Position numbers and translations under genes: made by a program
Part shown: piece by piece, positions 19,858 through 30,600 of the stretch
How positions within the stretch are numbered: the first letter of the stretch is position 1
Layout: every line of letters starts with the position of its first letter
Notes under the pieces: model-generated
What the model was told of the DNA's origin: nothing
The model's database searches: none
The model's input: the letters and a program-made list of their open reading frames with translations, nothing else
NCBI GenBank assembly: GCA_963816395.1
Contig: CAWFKQ010000007.1
Location: 352,001-416,000, forward strand
From: an uncultured delta proteobacterium
GTDB taxonomy: Bacteria > Desulfobacterota > Desulfuromonadia > Desulfuromonadales > JACZKF01
Direction of reading: 5' to 3'
Length of the DNA: 64,000 nucleotides

Positions 19858-21779
19858 GGCTCCTCCTGCTTCCGGCCCTGGGCCCTGGCGGCGCGGTCAT
19901 AGCTGTCGGCCAGGGCGAAACGCGCCTTGACCTCGAACTCTTCCAGCCGCTCGCGGCGCCTGGTGAGTTCATTCACCGCCATGACTTCCAGCAGGTGCCC
20001 CTGACGCGCCATCAGCGCCCCCGCCTTTTCCCGGGCCGCCTGGATCAGGAGCCGCTGGCGGCGGATCACCTCGTCGTAGCCTTCGTAGCTCTGCGTGGCG
20101 GCCTGGCGGGTACGTACGAAGGCGGTGTACTGCCTGTTCAACCGCTCCACGACCTGGTTCAGCTCGCGAAGGTCCTTGAAAGCTTCGGTCAGGCGGCGGT
20201 CATAATCGGTATAGATGTTCCAGTCCAACACGCCCCGCAGCCGCCGGATGCGGGCCTCGATCCCAGGGGCGCCGGCGCGCCGCCGGCAGCCAGGGTCTTC
20301 TCCAGATGCGCAAGCCGTTCGCCGAGGATACGCTCCTGGGCGGTCGCCAGATAATCGGGACGCGGCGCCGTCAGCATCGCCTGCAGACGTTTCTCGATGC
20401 GCTCCCGCTGCTCCAGGCGCAGCCGCATCTGCGAGTCCAGCCGCCTGAATTCCCGGTCGATCGCGGGGAGCAGCGGCTGGTAATAGGCCCGGCGCTGCGC
20501 AATGAGCTCCTCGAAGGCGTCCAGGTCCCCTTCCCAGACCGCCAGTTTCCTGCGCAGTTCCTCCAGGTCGAGATAGTTCTTCAGCGATTCCTGAAAATCG
20601 TTGGAAGCCATCAGGTCGAGCAGGTAATAGGTTTCGGGCGCTTCCGGCAGGTTGCGCAGCTTGACCACCCAGTCGGCATCCTGTTTCAGTTCCTCCCGCA
20701 CCAGGGCCCGGAGGAAATTTGCCCTCGCGGATACTCTTGATCGAGGCGCCGAGCTTGTCGATTTCCTTGCCGAAGGCCTCCAGGGCGCTGCCATACAGCA
20801 GTGCCGCCCGGCCGTAGACGTTCAGTTTGCCGTAGGCGTAAGGCAGGGCGAGCAGGCCTTCCTGCACCGCCGGGTCGGTGACCTCTCGCTTGACCAGGAG
20901 GCTCCAGGGCACGAGCGCCCTTGCGAAATTACCCTGGGAGGCATCGGCCCACCCCGAACCGAGCAGCGCCCGGTTGGAGAACGGGCCGCTGAGCCGCACC
21001 CGATCGAGCACCTCTTTGGCGCCCTCGGGATTGTGTTCATCCAGAAGCTTGTAGCCGAGGACCAGGTTCGACTTGTCCTTGATCGCCAGCGTGGCAGGGC
21101 GGTCGCTGATGATCTGCCCGGTACGGTCGAGGTACTGACGCCCCTCCTGCGTCCTTGCCGTCCCGCAGCAGGGCGATGCCAAGGTTGTAGGTGGTGAAAC
21201 CTTCCAGGCTCTTGGCGCTCTGCAGCCCTTGCAAAATGTGCGCGGCATCGGTGAAGCGGCCGAGCGCCAGGAAAATCTGCGCCCGCAGGAATTCCAGGTC
21301 GTCACGAATCCCGGCGGGAACCGCCCCGCGGATCTGTTCCACGGCATGCAGGGCATCTTCCGGCTGGTCTTTGCGGAAGTAGATCCGGGCCAGGCGGAAG
21401 ATGGCCTCATTACGTACGGTATCCTTGACCTTGCCCTCGATGACTCGCTTGATGGCGCGCCCGGCGCGCTGGTGCATCCGGTAGGCCAGTTCGAAATCAC
21501 CCACGGCAAACTCGGCCTGGCCGATGTGGTAGAAAAGGGTGTCGCGCTCGGGTTCATCGACCCTGTGGAACTGCTCCAGTTCGGTATCGAGCCGGGCGAT
21601 GGCGTCGAACCAGTCCCCCTGAAAAGCGTAATACAGGGCCTCGCCGAAGTAGAGATCCTTCAGCTCTTTCGGAGCGGTCGTGCTGGCCCGGTCACTCGGG
21701 CCCGCGGCGGCGGGGGTGCCGGCCGCCAGCGGAGGGAGACGAGCAGCAGAATTGTCAGAAAAACAAGAAGCCTGATCAT
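19854..21779 (-). CDS. Exported TPR/coiled-coil protein (GltC-like, ~640 aa), several indels
   Basis: Signal peptide MIRLLVFLTILLLV. Segments DLYFGEALYYAFQ, YNLGIALL, RALLGSGWA, LLALPYAYGKL and C-terminal ARFALADSYDRA are spread over alternating frames. Confidence 0.75.
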
Positions 21780-21799
21780 GAAGGTCTCTCAGGGTTTGA

Positions 21800-21857
21800 G
21801 CCGCGCCAGATCCGACCGATCAGTCCGATCGGACCGATCCGACGGATCAGACGCGGC
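21800..21857. repeat. 58-bp GATC 9-bp-period palindromic element
   Basis: GCCGCGCCA GATCCGACC GATCAGTCC GATCGGACC GATCCGACG GATCAGACG CGGC. Confidence 0.85.
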
Positions 21858-21866
21858 CGTCGCGAC

Positions 21867-22379
21867 CTACCAATCTTTGAGGCTGATTGCCCGTTCAGCC
21901 AGGGTGATTTCAACGATCTTGGGTCCCACGTCCTTGACCACCTTGAAGCTCTGCGTCCGGCGGATATCGGTGCCCCCGGACTTGCCGATGAGGGTCACCT
22001 GCAGGTCGTGTTCACCGGTTGTGATGTTGCCGGTGTAGATCCGCTGCACCCCTCCCTTCTGCAGGGCTTCGAGCTCCTTGAAGGTATAAAGGTGTTGGGC
22101 GACGGGCTTGCCGCCGAGCTGGATCTCGACGGAATCGAGGCGAAACTTCTCGCCGCCGGCCAGCGCTACGAACACCGCGACCTGGGTATTGGACGGATAG
22201 AGCAGCTTCTCTTCCAGCTGGTTCAGTTCCGCGGCGATGCCGAGAACATCGGTCTTGATGTCCTGCACCTGTTCGTCCAGTCCCTTGATCTGTTCCTTGG
22301 AGACTTCCTCCGCATGGGCGGCGCAGGTCAACAGGAACGTCGAGATCACTAAAACGGCCAGTCTTGTGGTTTTGCGCAT
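21867..22379 (-). CDS. Conserved exported protein (coiled coil + beta domain) typical of TPR/TolQR clusters
   Basis: Signal peptide ending AAHA. Motifs LEEKLLYPSNTQVAVFV, HLYTFKELEALQKGGVQRIYTGN. No HTH visible. Confidence 0.75.
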   Translation of the reverse strand: MRKTTRLAVLVISTFLLTCAAHAEEVSKEQIKGLDEQVQDIKTDVLGIAAELNQLEEKLLYPSNTQVAVFVALAGGEKFRLDSVEIQLGGKPVAQHLYTFKELEALQKGGVQRIYTGNITTGEHDLQVTLIGKSGGTDIRRTQSFKVVKDVGPKIVEITLAERAISLKDW

Positions 22380-22399
22380 GGTTGCCACCTTTTTTAATT

Positions 22400-22457
22400 G
22401 CCGCGTCGGATCAGACAGATCCGTCTGATCGGACCGATCCGACCGATCGGACGCGGC
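22400..22457. repeat. 58-bp GATC 9-bp-period palindromic element
   Basis: GCCGCGTCG GATCAGACA GATCCGTCT GATCGGACC GATCCGACC GATCGGACG CGGC. Confidence 0.85.
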
Positions 22458-22459
22458 CA

Positions 22460-25400
22460 CTAGATCTTCCCGATGATATTGATGAACACCCCCTGGTGGT
22501 CGTAATCCAGGTCGGTCAGGTCATCCGAGAATTTGCTGAAGTTGTAGCCGACCCCCAGCTTGACGTAATTGCCCAGGTGCCGATAGATACCCAGCAGCAC
22601 GCCGCCGAGCATGTCCTGGGCGTCCGGCAGGTCGAGCAGGCGCCCCTCGACCAGGGCATCCCAGCGGTGGACGAAGTGCCAGTCCGCCCGCAGCACCACC
22701 AGGTGGGCCCGGCTGGCGAAGAAATCCCGGTTGGCCCGGTCCTGGCTCACCTGCCCGTAGCGATAGGCGTATTTGCCCCCCAAGGTCCAGCGCGGCGTCA
22801 GGTCATACATGACATCGACCGCCCCGATGTGGCTGCGCTGGATGACGCCGGATCCCGCATCCTCGACGATCACCTGATCGGCCGCCGGGACATTGTAGAA
22901 ATAGGTGTACTTGAACAGGGCATTGAGGCGGTCGTTAGCGACGGGGCGATAGGCGTAGCCCAGGACTGCTTCGGTGTAGTCGCCGTCGTAGAACTGCCCC
23001 TGCGAACTGTCGCTGTGGGCGTAATTGAACTTGCCGACCAGACGCCAGTCGGGGGACAGCTGATAGCGGAGGCTGTTTTTCACCAGCCAGGTGGTGCGCC
23101 GGCTGGTGCTGGTATCCGGCTGCTCGGCATCGTCCACCCGGTATTCCAGGGCGCTGGCGATCTTCAGCGCCTGGAACCCGTAGCCGACGCTCACCCCCGC
23201 TGCCGTCCTCTGGAGCTCGGCCCCCGTCTGATGATCCTTAAGCGTGCCGAAATCGAGGTTCGCACCGAGGTTGAGGCGATCGGTGGGCGCCAGTTGCACG
23301 CCGGTGGAATGCATCAGGCCGGTCGGCACGTCGCCATGGGTGTAGCGCTCTTCGAGATAGACACTGGCGCTGTCCGAATATCGCGTGCGGAACCCGGAAA
23401 CCATGTTGCCCTTCCTGGCCCGCAGACCGTTGTCGGTGCGGTCGTTCTCCAGAACATAATTGAGGTAGATGGTGGTCCGATCGGAATAGAGGTACTCCGT
23501 TCCGAGTCGGCCGCCCGCCCCGAGATCGCCGCCGGAAACCTCACCTTCCACCTTGAAGCGGTCGGTCAGCCGGTAACTGCCGCCGGTGCCGATCCGGCCG
23601 TTGTCCTCACGGTTGCCGGTCGTCTGGACGGACTGCTGCGCGAAACCGTAGGCATTCCAGCGCGCGCGGGAATCGTACTGCAGCCGGGCCACCGCATCCG
23701 TGCGATCGCCCTCATCCTGGGTCGAAGGGACCACCGCCGAGTTGTCCTGGCGGCTGTCGCGGCGCACCCCCGAGCTTACGGTCCAGTGTTCGCTCGCCTG
23801 ATAGTCGAGATCCAGCTCGGCGGCTTTCCGTCTCCAGCCCCTGGCGCTGCACCTCCCTGTCGCCTTTGAAGCGCATGCCCAGGCGATCGGTGAGAGGCAG
23901 CGCCGCCGTGCCGCCGTACTGGTTCGTATCCCTGGCGGTGGCCAGCCCCGGCGCCGAATAGCCGGCCTCGAGGTCCTGCAGGTAGAAGGTGACCCGCCCC
24001 CGCCCCTGCTTGAAGAGGTCCTGCAGGCCGAGGCTGGAATCGACGCGGTAGGCCCAGGCCTCGATGTCGCTGCCGTCCAGGGGATCGACCAGTTCGTTGT
24101 TGAAGCCGCCGTCGATGGAGCTCGTGGTGAGGACGCCCGGCCCTCGACTGCGGCCGGCTTCGAGCCTGACCCACGATTCCGCGGACTTGCGGAGGGTCAC
24201 ATCCGCCGCGCCCAGGTTGTCCTCGTTTCCCGCATCCTTATCCCGGCTGGCGGTTACCCCGACCTTCACATGGTCGTTGAACCAGTAATGAATCCGTCCG
24301 CCCGTCGTCAGGGTGTCCACTTCATCGACCCCGGGGGTGAACTCGTACCGGGCCACCAGGAAGACGGGATTGCCGCTGTCGGAGCCGCTTTGCACGAGCA
24401 GACTGTCGTCCGCCGTCGACGCCAGGGGCTGCGCCAGCAGGATGCGCCCCTGCAGGTAGTCGATGTCGTAATCGAGGGCCGGAGTCAGGTTCTTGACGCT
24501 CAGCACCATGCCCGAATCCTTGTCGCGGATCTCGATGCGCAGGCGCTCGGAACCCTCCAGGATGTCCTGCCGGCGCAGGTAATAGAGCGACCCGTCGGTT
24601 CCCCGAAACTCATCACGCCCCGCCACCGTCCCCGGTTCGGCGGCAAAGCCGTCGAGCAGGAAGCGCTGTTCGCCGAAGCTGGTGGCAGCGCGGGTCTGGT
24701 AGTGCAGGTTCGCCCCGTAAAGACCCCGGTCGACGTGCGCCAGGTAGTTGTCGGTGTAGCCGATCTTGAAGTTGCCCCAGAGGGCGTAATTTTCTTCTTT
24801 GGTCAACCGGAGATAGAACTTGCCGTTGGTCGGCGCATCTTCCACGACGGTGCTGTCGTCGCCGAAGGTCGGGTAGTGGTAATCCGGGTCGATGCGCCGG
24901 AACAGCGCCTCGGGCGACTTGTCGAGGAAGTTGGTGAAGATCTCGTCCAGCGGGCCTTCGCGCGTATCGGCGCTGGCGGTGAGTCCCCAGCCGCTGCCGA
25001 ATTTGCCCTTGCTGTAGAATGCCAGGCGCCCCTGGAGGTCCGTGTCGTCGCTGTACTGCGGATTGTCCGGGGCGAGCAGCTTGGCCGGGCCGTTCGTCTT
25101 GTTGGCGGCCAGGGTGAGGTCGGCGATCCCCACGGTGAACCAGTCGCTCTTCTGCAGCGCCAGATCGCGCAGGAACAGCTCGCCGTTGCCCGCTTTGTCG
25201 AGGACGGCAACCTCGACGGTCTGCATCCCTTCCGGCAGGATTTCTTCCGCCACGAAAGCGCCCTTGCCGTCCACCGGCGCGGCATAGCCGGCCAGCCATA
25301 CCCCATAGCCGGCGGGGATCGCGCTGCCCTGGGCCTGCACCGTGCCGCCGTGCAGGGGGATATTCCGGCCGGCGATACGGCTCTCGCCGTAACCGGCCAG

Positions 25401-27562
25401 CAGTTCCTCGCCGGGATTCGCCGCGGCGACGGCGGGATCGATCTGGTCGGCCACCCACAGGGGCTGGGGAACGGTCTCGTCGAAGTGCCCCTCTCCGTCG
25501 TAGACGCGAACCAGGTATTTCAACTGGCGCACCGGCGCGGAGAAGGACTCGAAGACGGGCTGCCACTGCGCCATGCCGTTATCATCCATCGCGATGACGG
25601 CGAAGGGCGTGTCGCGGACGGACTGCTCCTCTGCGAAAACCCTGACCTCCGCCCGCGCAATGAAGCTGTGGTAGTTGGTATACAGGCGGAAGCGGACCAG
25701 GTTCTCCGCGAATGCGGTATCCGCCACGTCCTGATAGCGGATGGTGCGCGGCCAGGCGGTCACGTTCAGCCGCGGTTCCGTCTGCAGGTCGTCGTATTTG
25801 AACTGGATACGGGCGTTGTCCAGGGCCACGTCGGTGCAGCGCTGCACATCCGGGATACTCTTGCCCGGATCATCGATCGGCTTTCCGTCGACGGTGATGC
25901 GCATGAGATTCAGCCCGAAGGGATCGGCCGGACTCACCTCGCGGGTCATCGGGGTGATCTCCACCCCCTCGTAGTCATCGAGAGGGACCAGCTCATCGTA
26001 GACGACCTGCACCCGGACCCGGGACGTGTCCGACTCGATAAAGCCGGTGTTGACCACGTCATCGGACTGGACATAGCCGCGCCCTTCGAACTCCGCCTGA
26101 TCCTCCGGCAATCCCATCTGCGCGCAGACGGCCGCCATGGCCCGGCGGGCCCGCGCCATGGACAGGCCGATATCGTCGCCATAGATCGCGGCGGTCCGCC
26201 GGTCGAGTCGCTGGTCGCCGGTGTAGCCGACAAACCGCAGGCGCAGATGGGACTTGTCCCCGGCTTCGGCCATGATCCGGCGCAGGCGCGTCGGTGTAGC
26301 CGGCGGGCAGCACCGGCTTGCCGTTTTCGAACAGGATCGGCTCGATCCCCCCCGATGGCGAGTCGTAGACCCGGGTGACGGTTTCCGCACCGGCGGCGTC
26401 CGGGCACATCTGCGGCTCATCAGGCAGCTCCTGGAGCGGGTCGTCGTGCCAGAACTCCACTTCGACGCGCCGGTTCAGCGCCCGCCCCTGGGGGGTATCG
26501 TTGGCGGCGGCCGGCCGCGTCGCCCCCCTGCCCTCGCTTTCAATGGCGGCATTGGGCAGGCCGAGGGCCTCCTGAACGGCCAGGGAAACGCGCCGGGCCA
26601 CCGCCTTCGACAGCCCCACAGGGTTGCCGTAGATGCGCTCGTCCCGTCCGACCAGCGGGGTATTGTCGGTATAGGCGGTGAACTTGACGACGACATTCTG
26701 CTTGCCGTGAAGATTCTGCAGCGCCTGCCGGATCTGCTGCAGGAATGCCTCCGGCACGCTCACCATCCCTTCATCGTAATGCAGGGGCGCAATCAGGTTT
26801 CTCACCCGGACGCGATGGGAATGGCCTTCCTTGTAACGCAGCTTGCAGACGGTCTCGGTGCGGCAGACCTTGATGCGATTCACCTCGCGGTGGACGACCA
26901 CCTCCTTCTCGACCGGCTTTTCGCCGATCTCGTCATACCAGACCTGCACCTCCACGCGCCGGTTGCGCGCCCGTCCTTCCTCGGTCGCATTGCTGGCGAC
27001 CGGCTGGCTGTCGCCTACCCCTTCATAGGAGATGGCTTCCGGGGGAAGCCCCAGGGCCCGCTGGAAATATTCGGCGACCGTGCCCGCCCGCTCGCGGGAA
27101 AGGCCGATGTTGTCCCCGTACCGCTGCTATCAGATCGCCTCGGAGCGGCAGGGAATCGGTATGGCCGATAAAGTGGAGCCGCACGTTTTGGCGATCCCGC
27201 ATGCTATCGAGCACGCCGCGCAGCAGCTCGAGGTAGTTTGCGGGGATATCGGCCTCCCCCAGGGGGAACAGGATGGGCGGAACCAGGTTGTCCAGCTTGA
27301 TCGTTTTGACCACCTTTTCGACGACTTGGCGCTTCTCCGTGCGATCGCCCTGGTCCTCGTCGAAGATGGAGGGGTCATGGGCCCATGGGGTGAAGGCCTG
27401 ATCGGACGGCAGATGCTCCTCCACCGTCTCGCCGCGCGCCGCCGTTTCCCATACCCCGGCGTGCGTGCCGGCAACGGCGGCCGTCTCCGCGGCCGCGGAG
27501 GGACCCGCGGCGGCCGCGAAGGCAAGGTAGAAGCAAAAGATGGCGAGGGTGCACTTCAGCAT
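22460..27562 (-). CDS. Large outer-membrane protein (~1,700 aa): signal peptide, three OmpA/MotB-like domains, C-terminal beta-barrel; split by three indels
   Basis: Pieces 27023..27577, 26059..26955, 23712..26420 and 22460..23767. Motifs GHTD...LSRERA...NRRVEV, AYTD...LSKAVA...NRRVEV, GYTG...LSMARA. Amphipathic strands ending GVFINIIGKI. Confidence 0.8.
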
Positions 27563-27595
27563 GGGTTCCAAATGCAATGGGTGAAAAAGCTCCCG

Positions 27596-27653
27596 GCCGC
27601 GTCTGATCTGACCGTTCAGTCGGATCAGACGGATCGGACCGATCAGACGCGGC
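27596..27653. repeat. 58-bp GATC 9-bp-period palindromic element
   Basis: GCCGCGTCT GATCTGACC GTTCAGTCG GATCAGACG GATCGGACC GATCAGACG CGGC. Confidence 0.85.
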
Positions 27654-27658
27654 CCTGT

Positions 27659-30600
27659 TCACGGCGGCCCGCCGCGGCGCCAGAACACCTCGGTCTCGAT
27701 ATCCAGCCGGTAGCCGCCACCCGCGCGGTCCCACCGATCGGCAATTGTTTTCTTCAGTGCGGCGAGACGCTCCCGTACCAGACCTTCCTCTTCGACATCG
27801 GCCAGATACGACAGGCGCAGCACGGCCGGGGCCTTCTTCAGTTCCGCGATCAGCTGGGGAATCTTCGGCGCCCACTGCAGCCGCAGTTCGGTCGTCGCTG
27901 GTTCGAACACGCCGTCGGCGATGTCCAGAGCGACTATCCGGTGGATCGTCGCGCCGAAGTTGAACTTCAGCATCTTGCCGCGCGTGGCGCGCTGGACCCG
28001 CGGGTTCTCGGTGGTCACCCGATAGCCGGTCGGCAGGGTGCGATCATCCAGCTTGAGGATGAAGTTGCTGCCGCGATCCTGGTCGGGTACCATCGCACAG
28101 GTGATGTGGAAGCGGCCGTACTCGTCGGTGGTGCCGATCAGACCGCGGACCGTCACTACCCGGACCCCGGCCAGCCCCTGCTCCTCCGGGTCCTGATAAC
28201 CGTTCAGATTGCGGTCGTCGAATACCTTGCCGATCACGTCGGTGCAGTCGAAGGTCGGGTCCGGGATGACCCGCACCGAAGCGGTGGCTTCGCCGGAGGC
28301 GGTGCCGCCGGTGGCGGAGTTGACGACCTGCGCCCGGTTGACGTATTCGCCTTCGGAGACGCCGGCGCCGACGACCAGCAGCAGCTGCAGCGTATGGCGG
28401 TCCTTGGCCTGCAGTTCGAGTCCGTCCCAGAGCAGTTGCCGGCCGCTGAGGCGCGGCTCGCGCGGCTGGCCGTCCAGGCGGGCGGAGCCTTCCACGTATT
28501 TGAACCCGGCCGGGAAGCGATCGACGATGCCGATGTCGTAGAGCGGCACGCCGAACAGGTTGTTCACGGTGATCGTGTACGGCACCAGCTGTCCCTTGGT
28601 CACGTTGATCAGCGACGAGGTCTTGGTAATGGCCACGGCCCCAGCCAGCTCCGGGTCGACCGGGATGTGGTTGTTGAAGGCCTGGCTTTGCCCGGGCATG
28701 AGCCCGTTGCTCAGGGTGAGGTGCAGGTGATAGAGGGTGCCGCCCGTGCGCGGTGCGACCGACAGCGGCGGCAACGAAGCGGAGGCCGTCACCTCGCAGT
28801 ACTCGGCGGTGGCCGGTATCGCATCATCGGTACTGCCGGGACAGGCCGGCACGGAGAACGGCGCCGTCGCCTCGTCCCCGGGCGGAATGATCTGCGACGG
28901 CCCCGTCACGTAACCGGCGGCCGGCGGCGTCACCTCGATGAAATAGGCGGCGCCCGGCTGGCAGGAGGGATCGCTGAAGTTCAGGTCGAACTTGTAGAAG
29001 CCATCCAGGGCCGTGACCTGATTCTGCTGCGCCGGATCATCGAAACACCGGCTCGGCAGGGGCGCATTGGTCGCCGCGTTCAACAGCTCCAGTCTGGCGC
29101 CGGCCACCGGCGTCCGCATAACCGAGTTGTACACCACCCCGTCGGGGGTGATCGGCAGGTTCAGCCCCTGCAGATTGCCGCCGGAGGCGACGGTAATGCC
29201 GCTGATCCGCTGCGGGCCGTTGGTGAACGGCGAGTCGGCATTGCCCAGCGATGGGGTATTCTGGCCCGCACCCGAGGCGCGGAAGCGCAGTTCGTAGGTC
29301 TCCGCGGCCCCGGCGTTGGGCACCAGGCCGCTGAGCCGGTAGGCGCCGTCGGCATCGGTAAGCGCGGTCGCAAGCAGCTGGCCACTGGCATAAAGCTCGA
29401 CTGACCAGCCCGCGAGGTGCTGCTCGCTGCCATCGAAGAGTTTGTCCAGGTTCGCGTCGTGCCAGACGCTGCCGTTAAGGCTCGCACTCCCCGGCGTGCC
29501 CCCCAGATCGAGCGATACGCTGGCGGCGGCGCTCTGCGCCGGATCACTCCAGCGGACGACGCCGGTATTGGCGATGGTCGTTCCGATCGGCAGCCCCTGG
29601 TTGATCTGCACGCGGAAGCGCACGACGGCGCCGGCACCCGGCTGCAGATCGCCGAGGACCGCGGCATAGTCCGCGGTGAGCAGCGACCCGGCATAGCTGA
29701 CTCCCGCCGCGGCACCGTTCAGGGTGCCCGAACCGGCGACGTAGGCCACCTGGTCGCCCAGGGGCGGTCCCAGGTCATCGGTCACGACGACCCGCGTGGC
29801 CGGCAGGCTGCCGACGTTGGTCACCCGGAGCACGTACTCCAGCTGGCCGCCGGCCACGGCGGAACCGCCGCCGACGACCTGCACTTCCTTGCTTATGGCG
29901 AGCAGCTGGACGTCGCCGACCACGACGACCGTCGGCTGGTAGCCGTTGTCCGGCAGGCCATCGGCGTCGGTCGGTTCCGGCGGCAGCTCGGTGCAGGCAA
30001 CGCTCCCCTGGTTGCTGATGACGGTGCCCGCCGGCACGCCGTCGTTGACCCTGACATCGAAGGTGACCAGGACGCTGCCGGCCGCCTGGATGCCGGCGCG
30101 AACCGTCGGAGTGCAGCGCCAGGCCGGCGGTCAGCGGCGACACGCCGCCGTCGGCCCCCACCGCCGCGCCGTTCAGACGCAGGGAATCCGCCACATAGGT
30201 GGTGTTGGCGGGAACGGGATCGGTGAGCACCACGCCGGTGGCCGGGATGGCGCCGGAATTGTCGACGCGGATGGTGTAGCGCAGCACGTCGCCCGGATCG
30301 ACGATCCCCGGGGAACCGAGGTCCTGCTGGATCTGCACGGTCTTCTGGGCGCCCAGCAGCGGCAGGTTGCCCACCACGTTGCGGGTCGGGTCGAGCAGGG
30401 TCGGCGTCGCCGGGTCGTCGGAAGGCTGCGCCGGCTGCGCGCCGCTGCCGGCGCCGGAGCCTGCCACGAAACCCTGGTTCTCGATGATCAGCCCGTTCAT
30501 GACGCCCGGGTCGACCACCACGTCGAAGGTCACCGTGGCGACATTCGTCGCCCCCGGCGCCGCGTCGGCCCGCAGGTAGCCGGTCCTGGCGTCCTCCGGC

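Noticed and set aside
21867..22379. AraC-type regulator label sometimes given to similar proteins
   Set aside because: It has a signal peptide and no HTH, so it is treated as an exported component.
15697..27653. GATC repeat elements as a CRISPR array
   Set aside because: Copies are dispersed kilobases apart between genes, have no unique spacers, and no cas genes are present.
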